Assembly (NCBI GenBank): GCA_002499865.1
Contig: DANL01000059.1
Location: forward strand, 5,460 to 69,459
Reading direction: 5' to 3'
Source: Euryarchaeota archaeon UBA121
GTDB taxonomy: Archaea > Thermoplasmatota > Poseidoniia > Poseidoniales > Thalassarchaeaceae
Length of the DNA stretch: 64,000 nucleotides
Numbering within the stretch: the stretch's first letter is position 1; each line of letters begins with the position of its first letter. Below are positions 1-9,412 of this stretch, piece by piece. A model generated the notes under the pieces. That model searched no databases. It was not told the DNA's origin and worked only from the letters and a program-made list of their open reading frames with translations. The position numbers were made by a program, and so were the translations under genes.

Positions 1-1681
1 CTTCACCACTGGAGGGGACCTGTCATGGGACTGGAAGGTCAGCTCGATTGAGAGAACCTTCACCACCCCTTGGACAGACGGACTCAAGATATACGTCAAT
101 GGAATCCAGATCGATGCCTCGCAACACGGCGGTTGCATTAACGGTGAATGGTGTGGTGAGGACTCAGGAAGCATGACATGGGCAATGCCAGCCGGTAACA
201 ACACGGTCGACTTCACATTCGACTTCGGAACCGGTAGCGCTGCTGGATCAAGCACTGCTTGGATCGACAACCTGGTTCTGCCAAGCGTAATGACATCATC
301 CAACTATGACCTGGATGATGACAACGATGGTGCGAACGACACAATCGATCTAGACAGCCTGGACCCATGTATCGGACTAGACTCTGACGGAGACGGACTT
401 TCGGACACGCTAGGCACTCTATTCAACGGAACCGCCTGTGATGCCTCGTTGTACACTATTGACGATGACGATGACAACGACGGCTGGACGGACGCAGAAG
501 AGCTAGCTTGCGGAACAGATACCCTAGATGCTACTTCGATGTCGCCTGACAACGACGCAGACGGAATCTGTGATGGCATGGATGACGATGACGACAATGA
601 CGGTGTACTCGATGTAAACGACGCGTTCCCAATGGACTCCAGCGAGTTCTCGGACAACGACGGAGATGGAACAGGTGACAACAACGACACCGACGACGAC
701 AACGATGGAGTGACCGATGGATTGGATGCGTTCCCACTAGACTCCAGCGAGACTTCCGACTATGACGGAGACGGAATCGGCGACAACGCTGACACCGACG
801 ACGACGGTGACGGATGTGACGATGCTAGCGATGCGTTCCCATACAACGTCAACGAGTGCGTGGACACGGATGGAGACGGCCTTGGAGACAATGTCGACCC
901 AGATGACGACGGAGACGGAGTGGCTGACGTTGCTGATCCGTTCCCAATGGACCCAAGCGAGTCCGCGGATGACGATGGCGATGGAATCGGCAACAATGCA
1001 GACACTGACGACGACGGTGACGGAGTAGACGACGCTGACGACGCGTTCCCAATGGACCCAAGCGAGTCCGCGGACCTCGACGGCGACGGACTGGGAGACA
1101 ACTCAGATGCGGATGACGACGGAGACGGCGTCAACGACGGTATCGATGCGTTCCCAACGGACCCGAGCGAGACTGCAGACCTCGACGGCGACGGAATCGG
1201 TGACAATACAGACACCGATGACGACGGCGACGGAGTAGACGACTCTGACGACGCATTCCCATACAACCCAGGAGAGTCAGCTGACTTCGACGGCGACGGA
1301 ATTGGGGACAATGGAGACAACGACGACGACGGCGATGGTTATGCAGACGCCGACGACTGGGCCCCAATGGATGCAAGCGAGTGGCTCGACACCGACGGCG
1401 ACGGAACCGGCGATAATGCTGATGACAACGACGACGGTGACGACTACACAGACGCGTACGAGATATCCTGTGGAACAAACTCACTTGATGCGAACTCGGT
1501 GCCATCCGACTTCGACGGTGACGATCTCTGTGACGCTCTGGACGATGTCGATAACTCAGCCGGAGAAGGAGACAGTGAGACTGAGCTAGGATGGACGAAC
1601 GCAGTCCCAGGATTCCCTGCTCTGCTAGCCGCTATCGCTCTTGTGGGCGCCGCTCTAGTCGGTCGCAGAAAGGAAGACTGA
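1..1681 (+). CDS. Secreted acidic Ca-binding repeat protein (thrombospondin type-3-like DxDxDGxxDxxD repeats) with C-terminal PGF-CTERM archaeosortase sorting signal; 5' end lies upstream of the window
   Basis: Frame 2 is open from nt 2 into the 173..1681 ORF, so the N-terminus is off-window. There are more than 15 copies of D-x-D-x-DG-x-x-D-x-x-D (TSP3 / calcium-binding) units. The C-terminus '[24 protein letters not shown]' is a PGF motif plus a TM helix plus a basic tail, i.e. a classic PGF-CTERM. Confidence 0.85.
   Translation, partial: FTTGGDLSWDWKVSSIERTFTTPWTDGLKIYVNGIQIDASQHGGCINGEWCGEDSGSMTWAMPAGNNTVDFTFDFGTGSAAGSSTAWIDNLVLPSVMTSSNYDLDDDNDGANDTIDLDSLDPCIGLDSDGDGLSDTLGTLFNGTACDASLYTIDDDDDNDGWTDAEELACGTDTLDATSMSPDNDADGICDGMDDDDDNDGVLDVNDAFPMDSSEFSDNDGDGTGDNNDTDDDNDGVTDGLDAFPLDSSETSDYDGDGIGDNADTDDDGDGCDDASDAFPYNVNECVDTDGDGLGDNVDPDDDGDGVADVADPFPMDPSESADDDGDGIGNNADTDDDGDGVDDADDAFPMDPSESADLDGDGLGDNSDADDDGDGVNDGIDAFPTDPSETADLDGDGIGDNTDTDDDGDGVDDSDDAFPYNPGESADFDGDGIGDNGDNDDDGDGYADADDWAPMDASEWLDTDGDGTGDNADDNDDGDDYTDAYEISCGTNSLDANSVPSDFDGDDLCDALDDVDNSAGEGDSETELGWTNAVPGFPALLAAIALVGAALVGRRKED
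590..1450 (+). repeat. Intragenic tandem repeat array (about 99-105 nt units encoding DAFP(M/L)D(S/P)SE-x-DxDGDGxGDNxDxDDDGDGVxD)
   Basis: Near-identical nucleotide units are visible directly, e.g. 943..1047 vs 1042..1146 ('gacgcgttcccaatggacccaagcgagtccgcgga...'). About 8 units are seen. Confidence 0.8.
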
Positions 1682-1809
1682 GCAATCAGTCAACGAAACC
1701 CGGCCCGGGGGCAATCCTCCGGGTCGGGCCAAACACCCATTCAGTAGTCAAAGAGACTGCGTACACTGGTAATGCTGATAAGTCGACTCAATCAGGAGTC
1801 AATGATAGC

Positions 1810-2196
1810 ATGCCGGGAACTACGAGAGTTGAGATTAGGACATTGAAGGTTGGAAGGTACGTCGCTCTCGAGGAGAACGCCTACAAAATACTGGGTATGA
1901 GCAAATCGAAGCCAGGGAAGCACGGTTCCGCCAAGGCCAGGATCGAGCTGGAAGACATCTTCACAGGTCAGAAGAGAAGCCATGTCGGAACAGTTACCGA
2001 CACCATTCATGTCCCTCTTATAGAGAAAGGCTCGGCCATCGTGACCCACATTCAAGGGAATGAGGTCCATGCCATGGATAACAAGACATACGAGACCCTC
2101 ATCCTCCCCATGGATTCGGAACTAAACCTAGTCTCCGGAGGGGAGATCCAGTGGATGGAAGCTATGGGAAGATACAAGGTGACCAGGGACCACTGA
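1810..2196 (+). CDS. eif5a: Translation initiation factor 5A (aIF-5A), hypusine-containing
   Basis: 'MPGTTRVEIRTLKVGRYV...SKSKPGKHGSAKARIELEDIF' carries the hypusination loop SKxGKHGxAK. The ORF-track start at 1591 is an upstream in-frame extension overlapping the previous gene. An ATG at 1810 gives the canonical ~128 aa protein. Confidence 0.9.
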   Translation: MPGTTRVEIRTLKVGRYVALEENAYKILGMSKSKPGKHGSAKARIELEDIFTGQKRSHVGTVTDTIHVPLIEKGSAIVTHIQGNEVHAMDNKTYETLILPMDSELNLVSGGEIQWMEAMGRYKVTRDH

Positions 2197-2262
2197 CTCT
2201 GAAAACCACTTCTCAGAGCCTCATTCGTCATGAATCTATAAGCGACTCACCCCAAGCCAAGT

Positions 2263-4626
2263 ATGGGCGATGTCATGGGAGATGTTGAGAAATCAGCCTA
2301 CAGGCAACCAGTAACCGCCTCAGGCCTAAAGGCCATCGAGAATGGAACCCTCACTTGGCTAGACGAGGACATGTACAACAACCTGAACACGGGTGTGTTG
2401 GAGCAATACCTGGAAGAGAAGAACCTTCATGATTCATTCGAGATAAGTCACTGGAATACTAGGAAGGTTCTGATCGGGGTCCTGATAGGTGCTCTATTCA
2501 GCGGAGTCACAGCATACATCGGGCTCAAGATCGGAATGGCGGTCTCCGCGGCATGGTATGTGGCATACTTGCTGGGAATGGCACTGAAGTGGACTCCCTC
2601 TGAGGTCAATATAGCTACTAGCGCAACTACTGGGGCCACGCACGCCTCAACTGGATTCATATTCACATTCCCAGCTATTTTCCTACTCGCCTACTCCGAT
2701 TCATACCGTGTCGGTGACGGATTTCTTATCTCTTCAGTGGATACCCTGCAATTGGCATTCATAGGCATAATTGCATCCATGTTCGCCGGTTTCCTTGGTG
2801 TAATGTACTTCATAATTTTCAGAAGGGTATGGCTGGTTGAAGACCCCTTGCCAATGCCTGGTTTTGAGGCTACTTTGAAGATGCTAGACATAGCTTCGGA
2901 TGTCAGTACGGGTGCCGCAGATGCGGCTAGGGACTCCTTGAAGACTGTAGGGGTATGGACAGTAGCCACTATGGCATTCATGTTCATTATCGACTATCCG
3001 ATAAGATGGGGTAAGAAATTGGCAGGAGCACCAAGCAGTATCGCTGACTGGGTGGCGATGACCCTTTCCGGACAGGACTGGGGACTGGCATCAGTTTACA
3101 CAGAAAGATGGATTCATCAGCCCAGTAAGCTAGAAAACGGATTCGCTCCGTACAACGGGATCACGCCCTACTCCAGCTCAAATCCGTTCTCTTACACCTT
3201 CCTGGGTATCGAACTTAGCCCCACCCTTCTGGCTATTGGTTGGTTCATGAAATTCAGAGTTGCCTTCCTCGTCAATCTAGGCTCAATTGTTGCATGGTTT
3301 TTCCTAGTTCCATTAGTGGTAATCCAAGATGTTCCGGTATACGACCCCTCACTAGGTTCATATGTCAGCATAACCCAGTATTCGGATCCTTCATCTGGAA
3401 TATTTAACCCCACAATCCAGTGGAAGGCATTCTCATCAGTGGTAAGGACGATTGCTATTGGGGCTATTCTGGGAGGAGGAATGTTTGGACTGATCAAGAT
3501 GGCCCCGACATTCATCTCTATCTTCGGAGACATATCCTCTGCATTCACGGGGGAGAGGGGAGACGAGTTCATAGAGAACAAGGGTTGGTATGAATGGCCA
3601 CTCACTCACATCCCGGTCTTCATGGCAATCTCATTCTTCGCAATGATCCTTACATTCCTAGTGGGAGGATTTCCTCTCCTGCCCTCAGCAATTTTCGCCA
3701 TTGTGCTGATATTCACCACTTTCCTTCTAGGGGCAATAGCTGTTAGGGTGATGGGAGAAACAGGCATAGAGCCAGTCTCAGGAACCTCCTTCATTGTGCT
3801 ACTGATGCTTCTGCTGATATTCCTTAATCTGGATGTTGGACTGGACAAGGAGGAATCGGTTCTAATTGCCTTAGTTGGAACCACTGTCTTTGGTTCTGCC
3901 ATCAGCATGAGTGGTACCGTGGTGGGCGATTACAAAAATAGCCTATACATTGGCAACAGGCCTTACCATATCTCCAAGGGCAACATCATGGGAGTTATCC
4001 CAGGGGCAATACTGGGCGCCGCAGTAGCTATTTTCCTGTCCAAGCTATTAGCGGACGGCACAATAGACCTACTAGCCCCCCAAGCGAATGCCTTCGCGTA
4101 CTTCACCACCATACTGGCTGAGGGACAGGGGGACTGGGGAGCGCTGGCTCTGGGATTCGCACTAGGTGCATTTGTCGAGTGGGCCACAGGAATGGGCACC
4201 TCGTTCGGCCTTGGAATGTATTTGCCCACTCCAGCAACCTTCCCAATGCTCCTAGGTGGAGCCGCCAGGGACTGGTGGGAGAAGAGAAGACTACAGCCTA
4301 AGGTGGATTCTATCAGAATAGAGAAAGGATCCCAAGAGGCAGAGAGATCAAGGGCTTTGATGCTACTCTACACATTCATGATAGCCGCAGGGGCACTGAC
4401 CGGCGAGGCGTTCTATGGAGTGGAAGCCGCGATACTCGCCGTTCTCGATGACCAGATAGGGACTAGCCTCTCGAACTGGCCGGCAATCAGACTGGCCGGC
4501 TTCATAATACTCAATGCTATTCTAGGGGCCTTGATCTATATCCTATTCAGTAAAGCCGGAATAATCGGGACCAGTAACGGTCCAAGGGAACCGGATTCCA
4601 AGGTTATGGATGCAGAGCTTGCGTGA
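2263..4626 (+). CDS. Polytopic membrane transporter, probably OPT (oligopeptide transporter) family
   Basis: 787 aa with many predicted TM helices. The N-terminal 'VLIGVLIGALFSGVTAYIGLKIGMAVS' resembles the conserved OPT N-terminal helix. The family call is from memory only. Confidence 0.5.
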   Translation: MGDVMGDVEKSAYRQPVTASGLKAIENGTLTWLDEDMYNNLNTGVLEQYLEEKNLHDSFEISHWNTRKVLIGVLIGALFSGVTAYIGLKIGMAVSAAWYVAYLLGMALKWTPSEVNIATSATTGATHASTGFIFTFPAIFLLAYSDSYRVGDGFLISSVDTLQLAFIGIIASMFAGFLGVMYFIIFRRVWLVEDPLPMPGFEATLKMLDIASDVSTGAADAARDSLKTVGVWTVATMAFMFIIDYPIRWGKKLAGAPSSIADWVAMTLSGQDWGLASVYTERWIHQPSKLENGFAPYNGITPYSSSNPFSYTFLGIELSPTLLAIGWFMKFRVAFLVNLGSIVAWFFLVPLVVIQDVPVYDPSLGSYVSITQYSDPSSGIFNPTIQWKAFSSVVRTIAIGAILGGGMFGLIKMAPTFISIFGDISSAFTGERGDEFIENKGWYEWPLTHIPVFMAISFFAMILTFLVGGFPLLPSAIFAIVLIFTTFLLGAIAVRVMGETGIEPVSGTSFIVLLMLLLIFLNLDVGLDKEESVLIALVGTTVFGSAISMSGTVVGDYKNSLYIGNRPYHISKGNIMGVIPGAILGAAVAIFLSKLLADGTIDLLAPQANAFAYFTTILAEGQGDWGALALGFALGAFVEWATGMGTSFGLGMYLPTPATFPMLLGGAARDWWEKRRLQPKVDSIRIEKGSQEAERSRALMLLYTFMIAAGALTGEAFYGVEAAILAVLDDQIGTSLSNWPAIRLAGFIILNAILGALIYILFSKAGIIGTSNGPREPDSKVMDAELA

Positions 4627-5584
4627 TTCCATGAGTCAGGAAGATTCCGCCAAGCCGGGCCATTATGCACTGCTCGCAGTCGCGCTTTTGGCAGTATCAA
4701 GCGCTGGTGCCGTACTCCAGCAGATGGAAGGAGTACCTCCTCTACTGAAGGCTTCATGGAGGATGTATGGGACATCGATAGTACTCATACCGGGCTTCAT
4801 CTATCAGTGGAATAGGATGGAAGAAGGAACCCTTCAAATTAGAGACTGGCTACTGATTTCAATTTCAGCCATGTTCCTAGCTCTTCACTTCGGAAGCTGG
4901 ATTTGGTCCCTAGATCATACTAGCCTAGTCCATAGTCTACTTTTCGTGACTAGCCATCCACTGGTAGTAGTCGCATTAATGCCTCTCATCGGGGCAACTG
5001 TGAGAAGAGGACATGTATTTGGTGCAGTCATAGGTTTTCTCGGGGCATCCATAGCCCTACTAGAAGTGGAGAGTAACAGTCAAGTGACCTTGATTGGAGA
5101 CGCCGCGGCTTTCCTTGGTGCCGTCACTGTGGTTGGGTACCTAATGATTGGAAGGCATCTCAGGTCTTCTAGAAGAACTCCGGTATTCATCTACGCATTC
5201 CCAGTCACACTATTGGCGGGACTAATGCTTACGATAGGATCTGTCTCTTTAGAGGGAACGGCCCTAACCTCCGCCACACCCGAACTAAGTGCATTAGGCT
5301 GGATGGATGCTGTATGGCTTCCGTGGATAGCATACCTGTCCCTCGGACCAGGGCTCTGCGGACATACCGTCATAAACACAGCACTAAGGTGGATTTCTCC
5401 AATTGTGGTATCTGTTGCTCTGATATTCGAACCAGTCATTGGAGGGGCGATCGGATGGGCGATAACTGGAGAGGCCTATATCGGAACATGGACACTTATC
5501 GGTGGTCCATTAATGCTAGTGGGGGCAATAATGGTAACCTTGGAAGAGAGTAAAAATACGCAAAATACAGACACGCATTCATGA
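4610..5584 (+). CDS. EamA/DMT-superfamily permease (10-TM)
   Basis: 324 aa, hydrophobic, with a duplicated 5-TM organisation typical of drug/metabolite transporters. It overlaps the upstream gene by 17 nt. Confidence 0.5.
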   Translation: MQSLRDSMSQEDSAKPGHYALLAVALLAVSSAGAVLQQMEGVPPLLKASWRMYGTSIVLIPGFIYQWNRMEEGTLQIRDWLLISISAMFLALHFGSWIWSLDHTSLVHSLLFVTSHPLVVVALMPLIGATVRRGHVFGAVIGFLGASIALLEVESNSQVTLIGDAAAFLGAVTVVGYLMIGRHLRSSRRTPVFIYAFPVTLLAGLMLTIGSVSLEGTALTSATPELSALGWMDAVWLPWIAYLSLGPGLCGHTVINTALRWISPIVVSVALIFEPVIGGAIGWAITGEAYIGTWTLIGGPLMLVGAIMVTLEESKNTQNTDTHS

Positions 5585-5600
5585 ACTATCTGCCTGTCGC

Positions 5601-6533
5601 ATGCATGTGAAGAAAGTACACCTCCTTGTTACTAACGATGATGGAATAGATGCAGAAGGACTAGTTTCACTAGTAAAGAGGTTGCACTCGAAAGGACATC
5701 CAGTAGTGGTACTCGCTCCTCAGAACGAGCAGTCTGCCACTGGAATGAAGCTGACTCTTTCAAGTGGAATGCAATTCACAGAGAGAAAGGACCTCTCTGA
5801 AGCTATCAAGGTAGAGGGCGGTCCTCCGCTCAGAATGTTCTCCCTAGATGGTAGCCCTTGTGATTGTGTCATCGTGGCGCTCGAGGGAGGACTGAAATCG
5901 TGGGCACCAGAAATAGATCCAATGCTTTGTATATCTGGAATCAACCACGGCCCCAATCTTTCTGTCGATGTACTTCATTCGGGTACAGTATCCGCCGCCA
6001 GAGAGGCATCCCTGTACGGGATGCCATCGATCGCCACCAGTCTAGCGACATACAATCATAGAAACTTTGAGGATACTCTTGAGGTCGTAATGGGGCTGGT
6101 CGCCAAATGCGAAGAATCACTGCCTGCCCAACTTCCCAACTTACTCAGGCCCAACGGAACTGGGAACAAGCCATTTGGCGACGACGAAGGATCATTGTTG
6201 AGATCGGCCTTCCACCATGGGGATATCTTCCTCAACGTGAACATGCCAGAGAAATGGAACGGTTCAGTCACTACAGTTTCATTGGGTGCGAGGTGGTACA
6301 GAAGTGCTTCTGACATGGACCAGGCACCTTCCAAGGGAATAGAATTCGAAGTCGGGGCAGCCACCATAGTCGAGGAGGACATTCCAAGAACAGACTGCAA
6401 TGCCATCAATGACGGAAAGGCGTCGATAACGCCTCTAGGTAGCTGGCCTTCTAACCACCCTCTCGGTATTAGTGAAAGACTGCTAGAGTCTTCCATCAAT
6501 GAGTCCCCAGATGGCCTTCCTTACTGGATATGA
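5601..6533 (+). CDS. surE: 5'/3'-nucleotidase SurE (with ~50 aa C-terminal extension)
   Basis: The N-terminal 'VLLVTNDDGIDAEGLVSLVKRL...VVVLAPQNEQSATGMKLTL' matches the SurE signature (LxTNDDGI...APxxxxSxxG). Confidence 0.8.
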   Translation: MHVKKVHLLVTNDDGIDAEGLVSLVKRLHSKGHPVVVLAPQNEQSATGMKLTLSSGMQFTERKDLSEAIKVEGGPPLRMFSLDGSPCDCVIVALEGGLKSWAPEIDPMLCISGINHGPNLSVDVLHSGTVSAAREASLYGMPSIATSLATYNHRNFEDTLEVVMGLVAKCEESLPAQLPNLLRPNGTGNKPFGDDEGSLLRSAFHHGDIFLNVNMPEKWNGSVTTVSLGARWYRSASDMDQAPSKGIEFEVGAATIVEEDIPRTDCNAINDGKASITPLGSWPSNHPLGISERLLESSINESPDGLPYWI

Positions 6534-7108
6534 GAGTCAATTAGGTGATGTATCACAGAGATGCATGAATGCCCCTGTAGCCAAGTCCTCCCCAGGGACA
6601 ACGAACCGAGAGGCAAATCCACCTCCCGCAAGTCCAAATCCAAATCGTCCGAAAGAACGAATCCACACTTTCCTGCAATGTCGACACTTTCGAAAATGCT
6701 TCCACCAGCATCCAGAACATAGGAATCCACGCCATCAATATTCCATTCCTTAAGGGTCTGGTAGATATCGCCACCGGACTGTCTTATTCCCTTGGAAACC
6801 TCTGTGAAACGTCCGATGGGGGGGACCGGGGTCTTCATCAGGGATTTGAAGTGCCCTGCTATTGATCTCTCATCGGGCCTAACGCCTCTAAGATCGCAAC
6901 CATCGAAGAAAACCCTCCTCGGAATGCCACCACCCATTAGGTGGACAACTATCTGTGTATCTTTCCTTATTCCGTGAGAGATGAATAGCGCAGAATTTAC
7001 CGCCCTCACAAGGACGTCCATTCGTCCGCCATCGCCTGGCAAGTCGTTTAGGTTAAGCTTCCCACTACTGGGCGCCCTATTGCCAATTATGGCAAATCTC
7101 CTTTCCAT
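6521..7108 (-). CDS. trmY: tRNA (pseudouridine54-N1)-methyltransferase TrmY (SPOUT, DUF358/COG1901)
   Basis: 'FAIIGNRAPSSGKLNLNDLPGDGGRMDVLVRAVNSALFISHGIRKDTQIVVHL' matches the MJ1640-type TrmY N-terminal signature. Confidence 0.7.
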   Translation of the reverse strand: MERRFAIIGNRAPSSGKLNLNDLPGDGGRMDVLVRAVNSALFISHGIRKDTQIVVHLMGGGIPRRVFFDGCDLRGVRPDERSIAGHFKSLMKTPVPPIGRFTEVSKGIRQSGGDIYQTLKEWNIDGVDSYVLDAGGSIFESVDIAGKCGFVLSDDLDLDLREVDLPLGSLSLGRTWLQGHSCISVIHHLIDSHIQ

Positions 7109-7112
7109 GGGA

Positions 7113-8471
7113 TCACCCCATGCCTAGTTCGGAATCATCGAAGTCCATCATAGACTGCATCTGTCTACGGAACCTTCTGTCGCCCTTCATACCACGCATC
7201 ATCTTCCTGCTCCTATTCCACTGTGCGAGCAACTCTTTGACATCCTTCTCAGTTGCTCCGGACCCTCTTGCTATCCTCCTTATCCTACTAGATTTTAGCA
7301 ACAAAGGCTCATCCTTCTCCCTCTGAGTCATCGAATCCATAATTATCCTGAACTTCTCAAGATTATTCTGCATCTGCCTTTTCTGCCCAGTGCTGAGATT
7401 CCCCATTCCTCCAAACATACTATCTGGCAAGTGTGAAAGCAATTTATCCATGGTGCCAATCTTGCTCATCATCTCCATCTGCGAGTACATGTCAGTAAGA
7501 GTGAATCTACCAGACATCATCCTCTGAGTAATCCTCATGGCTTCATCCTGATCTAAATCTTCAGGTGTGAGATCAATCAGTCCCTTGATGTCTCCCATAC
7601 CGAGTAACCTAGAAATGAAACGATCTGACTCAAACTTCTCAAGATCCTGTATCCTCTCTCCCTCTCCCACGAAGACTATGGGGGCCCCGGTAGCGGAAAC
7701 GGCGCTCAGCGCACCTCCTCCTCTAGCCGTTCCATCAAGCTTGGTGACAATAGTTCCAGTCACGCCTACTAACTCATGGAATGTTTGAGCAACTGGACCT
7801 GCAGCCTGGCCCACCTGAGCGTCAATAACAAGAAACCTCTCAGTTGCATTAGCGATTTCAGCTATAGAAACAAGCTCTTCCCTGAGTGAGTCATCAAGAC
7901 TATCCCTGCCCGCGGTATCAATAATTACCACATCAGAGTTACTGAATTCCTTCAGCCCATTCTTCACGATTTTCGAGGCATCACTCTCACCAGGTTCGCC
8001 ATATACCCCGACGCCTGTTCCCTCTAGTAATTGGCAAAGTTGCTCATATGCTCCAGGCCTGTGGGTGTCTGCCTCTATTACCGAGACTCTGACCCCGTGA
8101 CGTCGTCTCCACCAATCTGCAACTTTGGCAGTTGTAGTCGTTTTTCCCTGTCCGTACAGACCAACCATCAATATTGTCTCATTATGAGGCCTGATATCCC
8201 TTGGAGGGCCCAACATTCTGACTAGTTCAGTGTAGATGATATTCATCGCATGGGTTTCTAGCTTGGTGCCCGGACGTGGCTCTTCCTCAACGACCCTCCT
8301 CTCAACCTTCTCAGTGAGCTCTTTCGTCTGTCTGACATTGAAGTCTGCCTCCAATAGAGCCCTGCGTAATGACTTACTGAGCTCCTTTAGTGTGTCTTCG
8401 TCAATTTCCCTCTTGCCTTTCAGAAGTCCGGCTGAACCCAGAATACGCCTCTTCAAGCCGTCCAGCGCCAT
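7113..8471 (-). CDS. srp54: Signal recognition particle protein SRP54
   Basis: An N-domain is followed by a G-domain with 'GLYGQGKTTTTAKVA', 'DTAGR' and 'TKLDG'. A C-terminal Met-rich M-domain follows ('MMSGRFTLTDMYSQMEMMSKIGTM...'). Confidence 0.95.
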   Translation of the reverse strand: MALDGLKRRILGSAGLLKGKREIDEDTLKELSKSLRRALLEADFNVRQTKELTEKVERRVVEEEPRPGTKLETHAMNIIYTELVRMLGPPRDIRPHNETILMVGLYGQGKTTTTAKVADWWRRRHGVRVSVIEADTHRPGAYEQLCQLLEGTGVGVYGEPGESDASKIVKNGLKEFSNSDVVIIDTAGRDSLDDSLREELVSIAEIANATERFLVIDAQVGQAAGPVAQTFHELVGVTGTIVTKLDGTARGGGALSAVSATGAPIVFVGEGERIQDLEKFESDRFISRLLGMGDIKGLIDLTPEDLDQDEAMRITQRMMSGRFTLTDMYSQMEMMSKIGTMDKLLSHLPDSMFGGMGNLSTGQKRQMQNNLEKFRIIMDSMTQREKDEPLLLKSSRIRRIARGSGATEKDVKELLAQWNRSRKMMRGMKGDRRFRRQMQSMMDFDDSELGMG

Positions 8472-8502
8472 GTACGCGGGTCACGATAGGGTGGTTTGAA
8501 CA

Positions 8503-9333
8503 TTGTCCGAGGCAGATGGACTCAAATGCCCAGTGCCATGGCGAAGCATGGCTACTGGTATGTGGCAAACCCAAGCCGCTTTCGCCATCGGCATAATCGG
8601 CGTTTTCATCGGATGGAGGGGGTCTATCGCTAAAATGACAGGTTTCTTCGATCTATCCGGCTCAGTCAAATACCTACTCTATGGCATTGTCTCGGGAATG
8701 TTACTGGCCTCAGCAGCCGATACTCTGATACTCTCTGGAATTATTACCGGGCAAGTGAATATCATCACGGCTAGCTCGTATGCGCTTCTGATTGCAATAT
8801 GCGAGTCGGCGTTCGTTCTTTTCCTTCTCGGACGACCGAGAAACGTTGCATTGAGAGCATCTCCTCCATTTGGGTGGACTTTGGGGCTCGGAATCGGTGC
8901 GATGCAATCATCTGTTCTGGCGTTCAGGCTATTCGATGAAGAACTGAACTCATCCTTTTCTGGATTTTCCATGTATTCAGTATCCATCTGCCTCCTGATA
9001 TCAGTAACCGCATGCACGGGGCATGCGGTCCTATCGGCGTATCAAGGTGCGATGATTCTAGAGCCTCGAAGGTTGGGCCCCTTCTTCTTGACTTCTATAC
9101 TCAGGGCGGCGCTGTTAATTTCTCTCATACTTTCAATATACGCCCCTCTGATTCTAGTCGCTCCATTAACTGCAATAGTTGCCGCATGGGCTCCTTCGCA
9201 AGAAAGATGGCTACCTTCAGGACTGACACCAGCAGCCAGACAGGCCTACAGGCGAACAACCAGACAGTCTGATCGTCACAGAATCGCTTCTAGTTCTAGG
9301 ACCAGAGGATCAATGATTGGTGAGGAAGAATAG
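8503..9333 (+). CDS. Hypothetical polytopic membrane protein (6-7 TM), unknown family
   Basis: 276 aa with regular hydrophobic segments. It lies divergent from srp54 and no family was recognised. Confidence 0.45.
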   Translation: MSEADGLKCPVPWRSMATGMWQTQAAFAIGIIGVFIGWRGSIAKMTGFFDLSGSVKYLLYGIVSGMLLASAADTLILSGIITGQVNIITASSYALLIAICESAFVLFLLGRPRNVALRASPPFGWTLGLGIGAMQSSVLAFRLFDEELNSSFSGFSMYSVSICLLISVTACTGHAVLSAYQGAMILEPRRLGPFFLTSILRAALLISLILSIYAPLILVAPLTAIVAAWAPSQERWLPSGLTPAARQAYRRTTRQSDRHRIASSSRTRGSMIGEEE

Positions 9334-9382
9334 CCAATAAACCCCATATTGAGGATTTATCGGACATACGTATGGCGCATGA

Positions 9383-9388
9383 TTATAT
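9383..9388 (+). promoter_or_regulatory. Candidate archaeal TATA box (TTATAT) ~28 nt upstream of the trkA ATG; likely a leaderless transcript
   Basis: 'gattatatcc' sits at 9381..9390 and the ATG at 9413. The spacing fits TATA to TSS of about 25 nt with the TSS at or near the ATG. Confidence 0.3.
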
Positions 9389-9412
9389 CCATCCGTCCAA
9401 GGGTGCGGTCCA

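Noticed and set aside
304-1505. Multiple long antisense and alternative-frame ORFs (132, 186, 124, 88, 95 aa) rich in Ser/Pro/Arg/Thr inside the first gene
   Set aside because: They are the automatic by-product of a GAC/GAT-dominated repeat array (reverse complement GTC/ATC gives S, P, R). They have no start-context and are nested in a gene with a coherent PGF-CTERM architecture.
1591-1809. Upstream 73-codon extension of the aIF5A ORF (MDERSPRIP...)
   Set aside because: It overlaps the 3' end of the preceding gene in another frame and is Arg/Ser-rich low complexity. The canonical aIF5A N-terminus begins at the ATG at 1810.
6056-6499. 147-aa minus-strand ORF antisense within surE
   Set aside because: No family features. 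surE on the plus strand is strongly supported.
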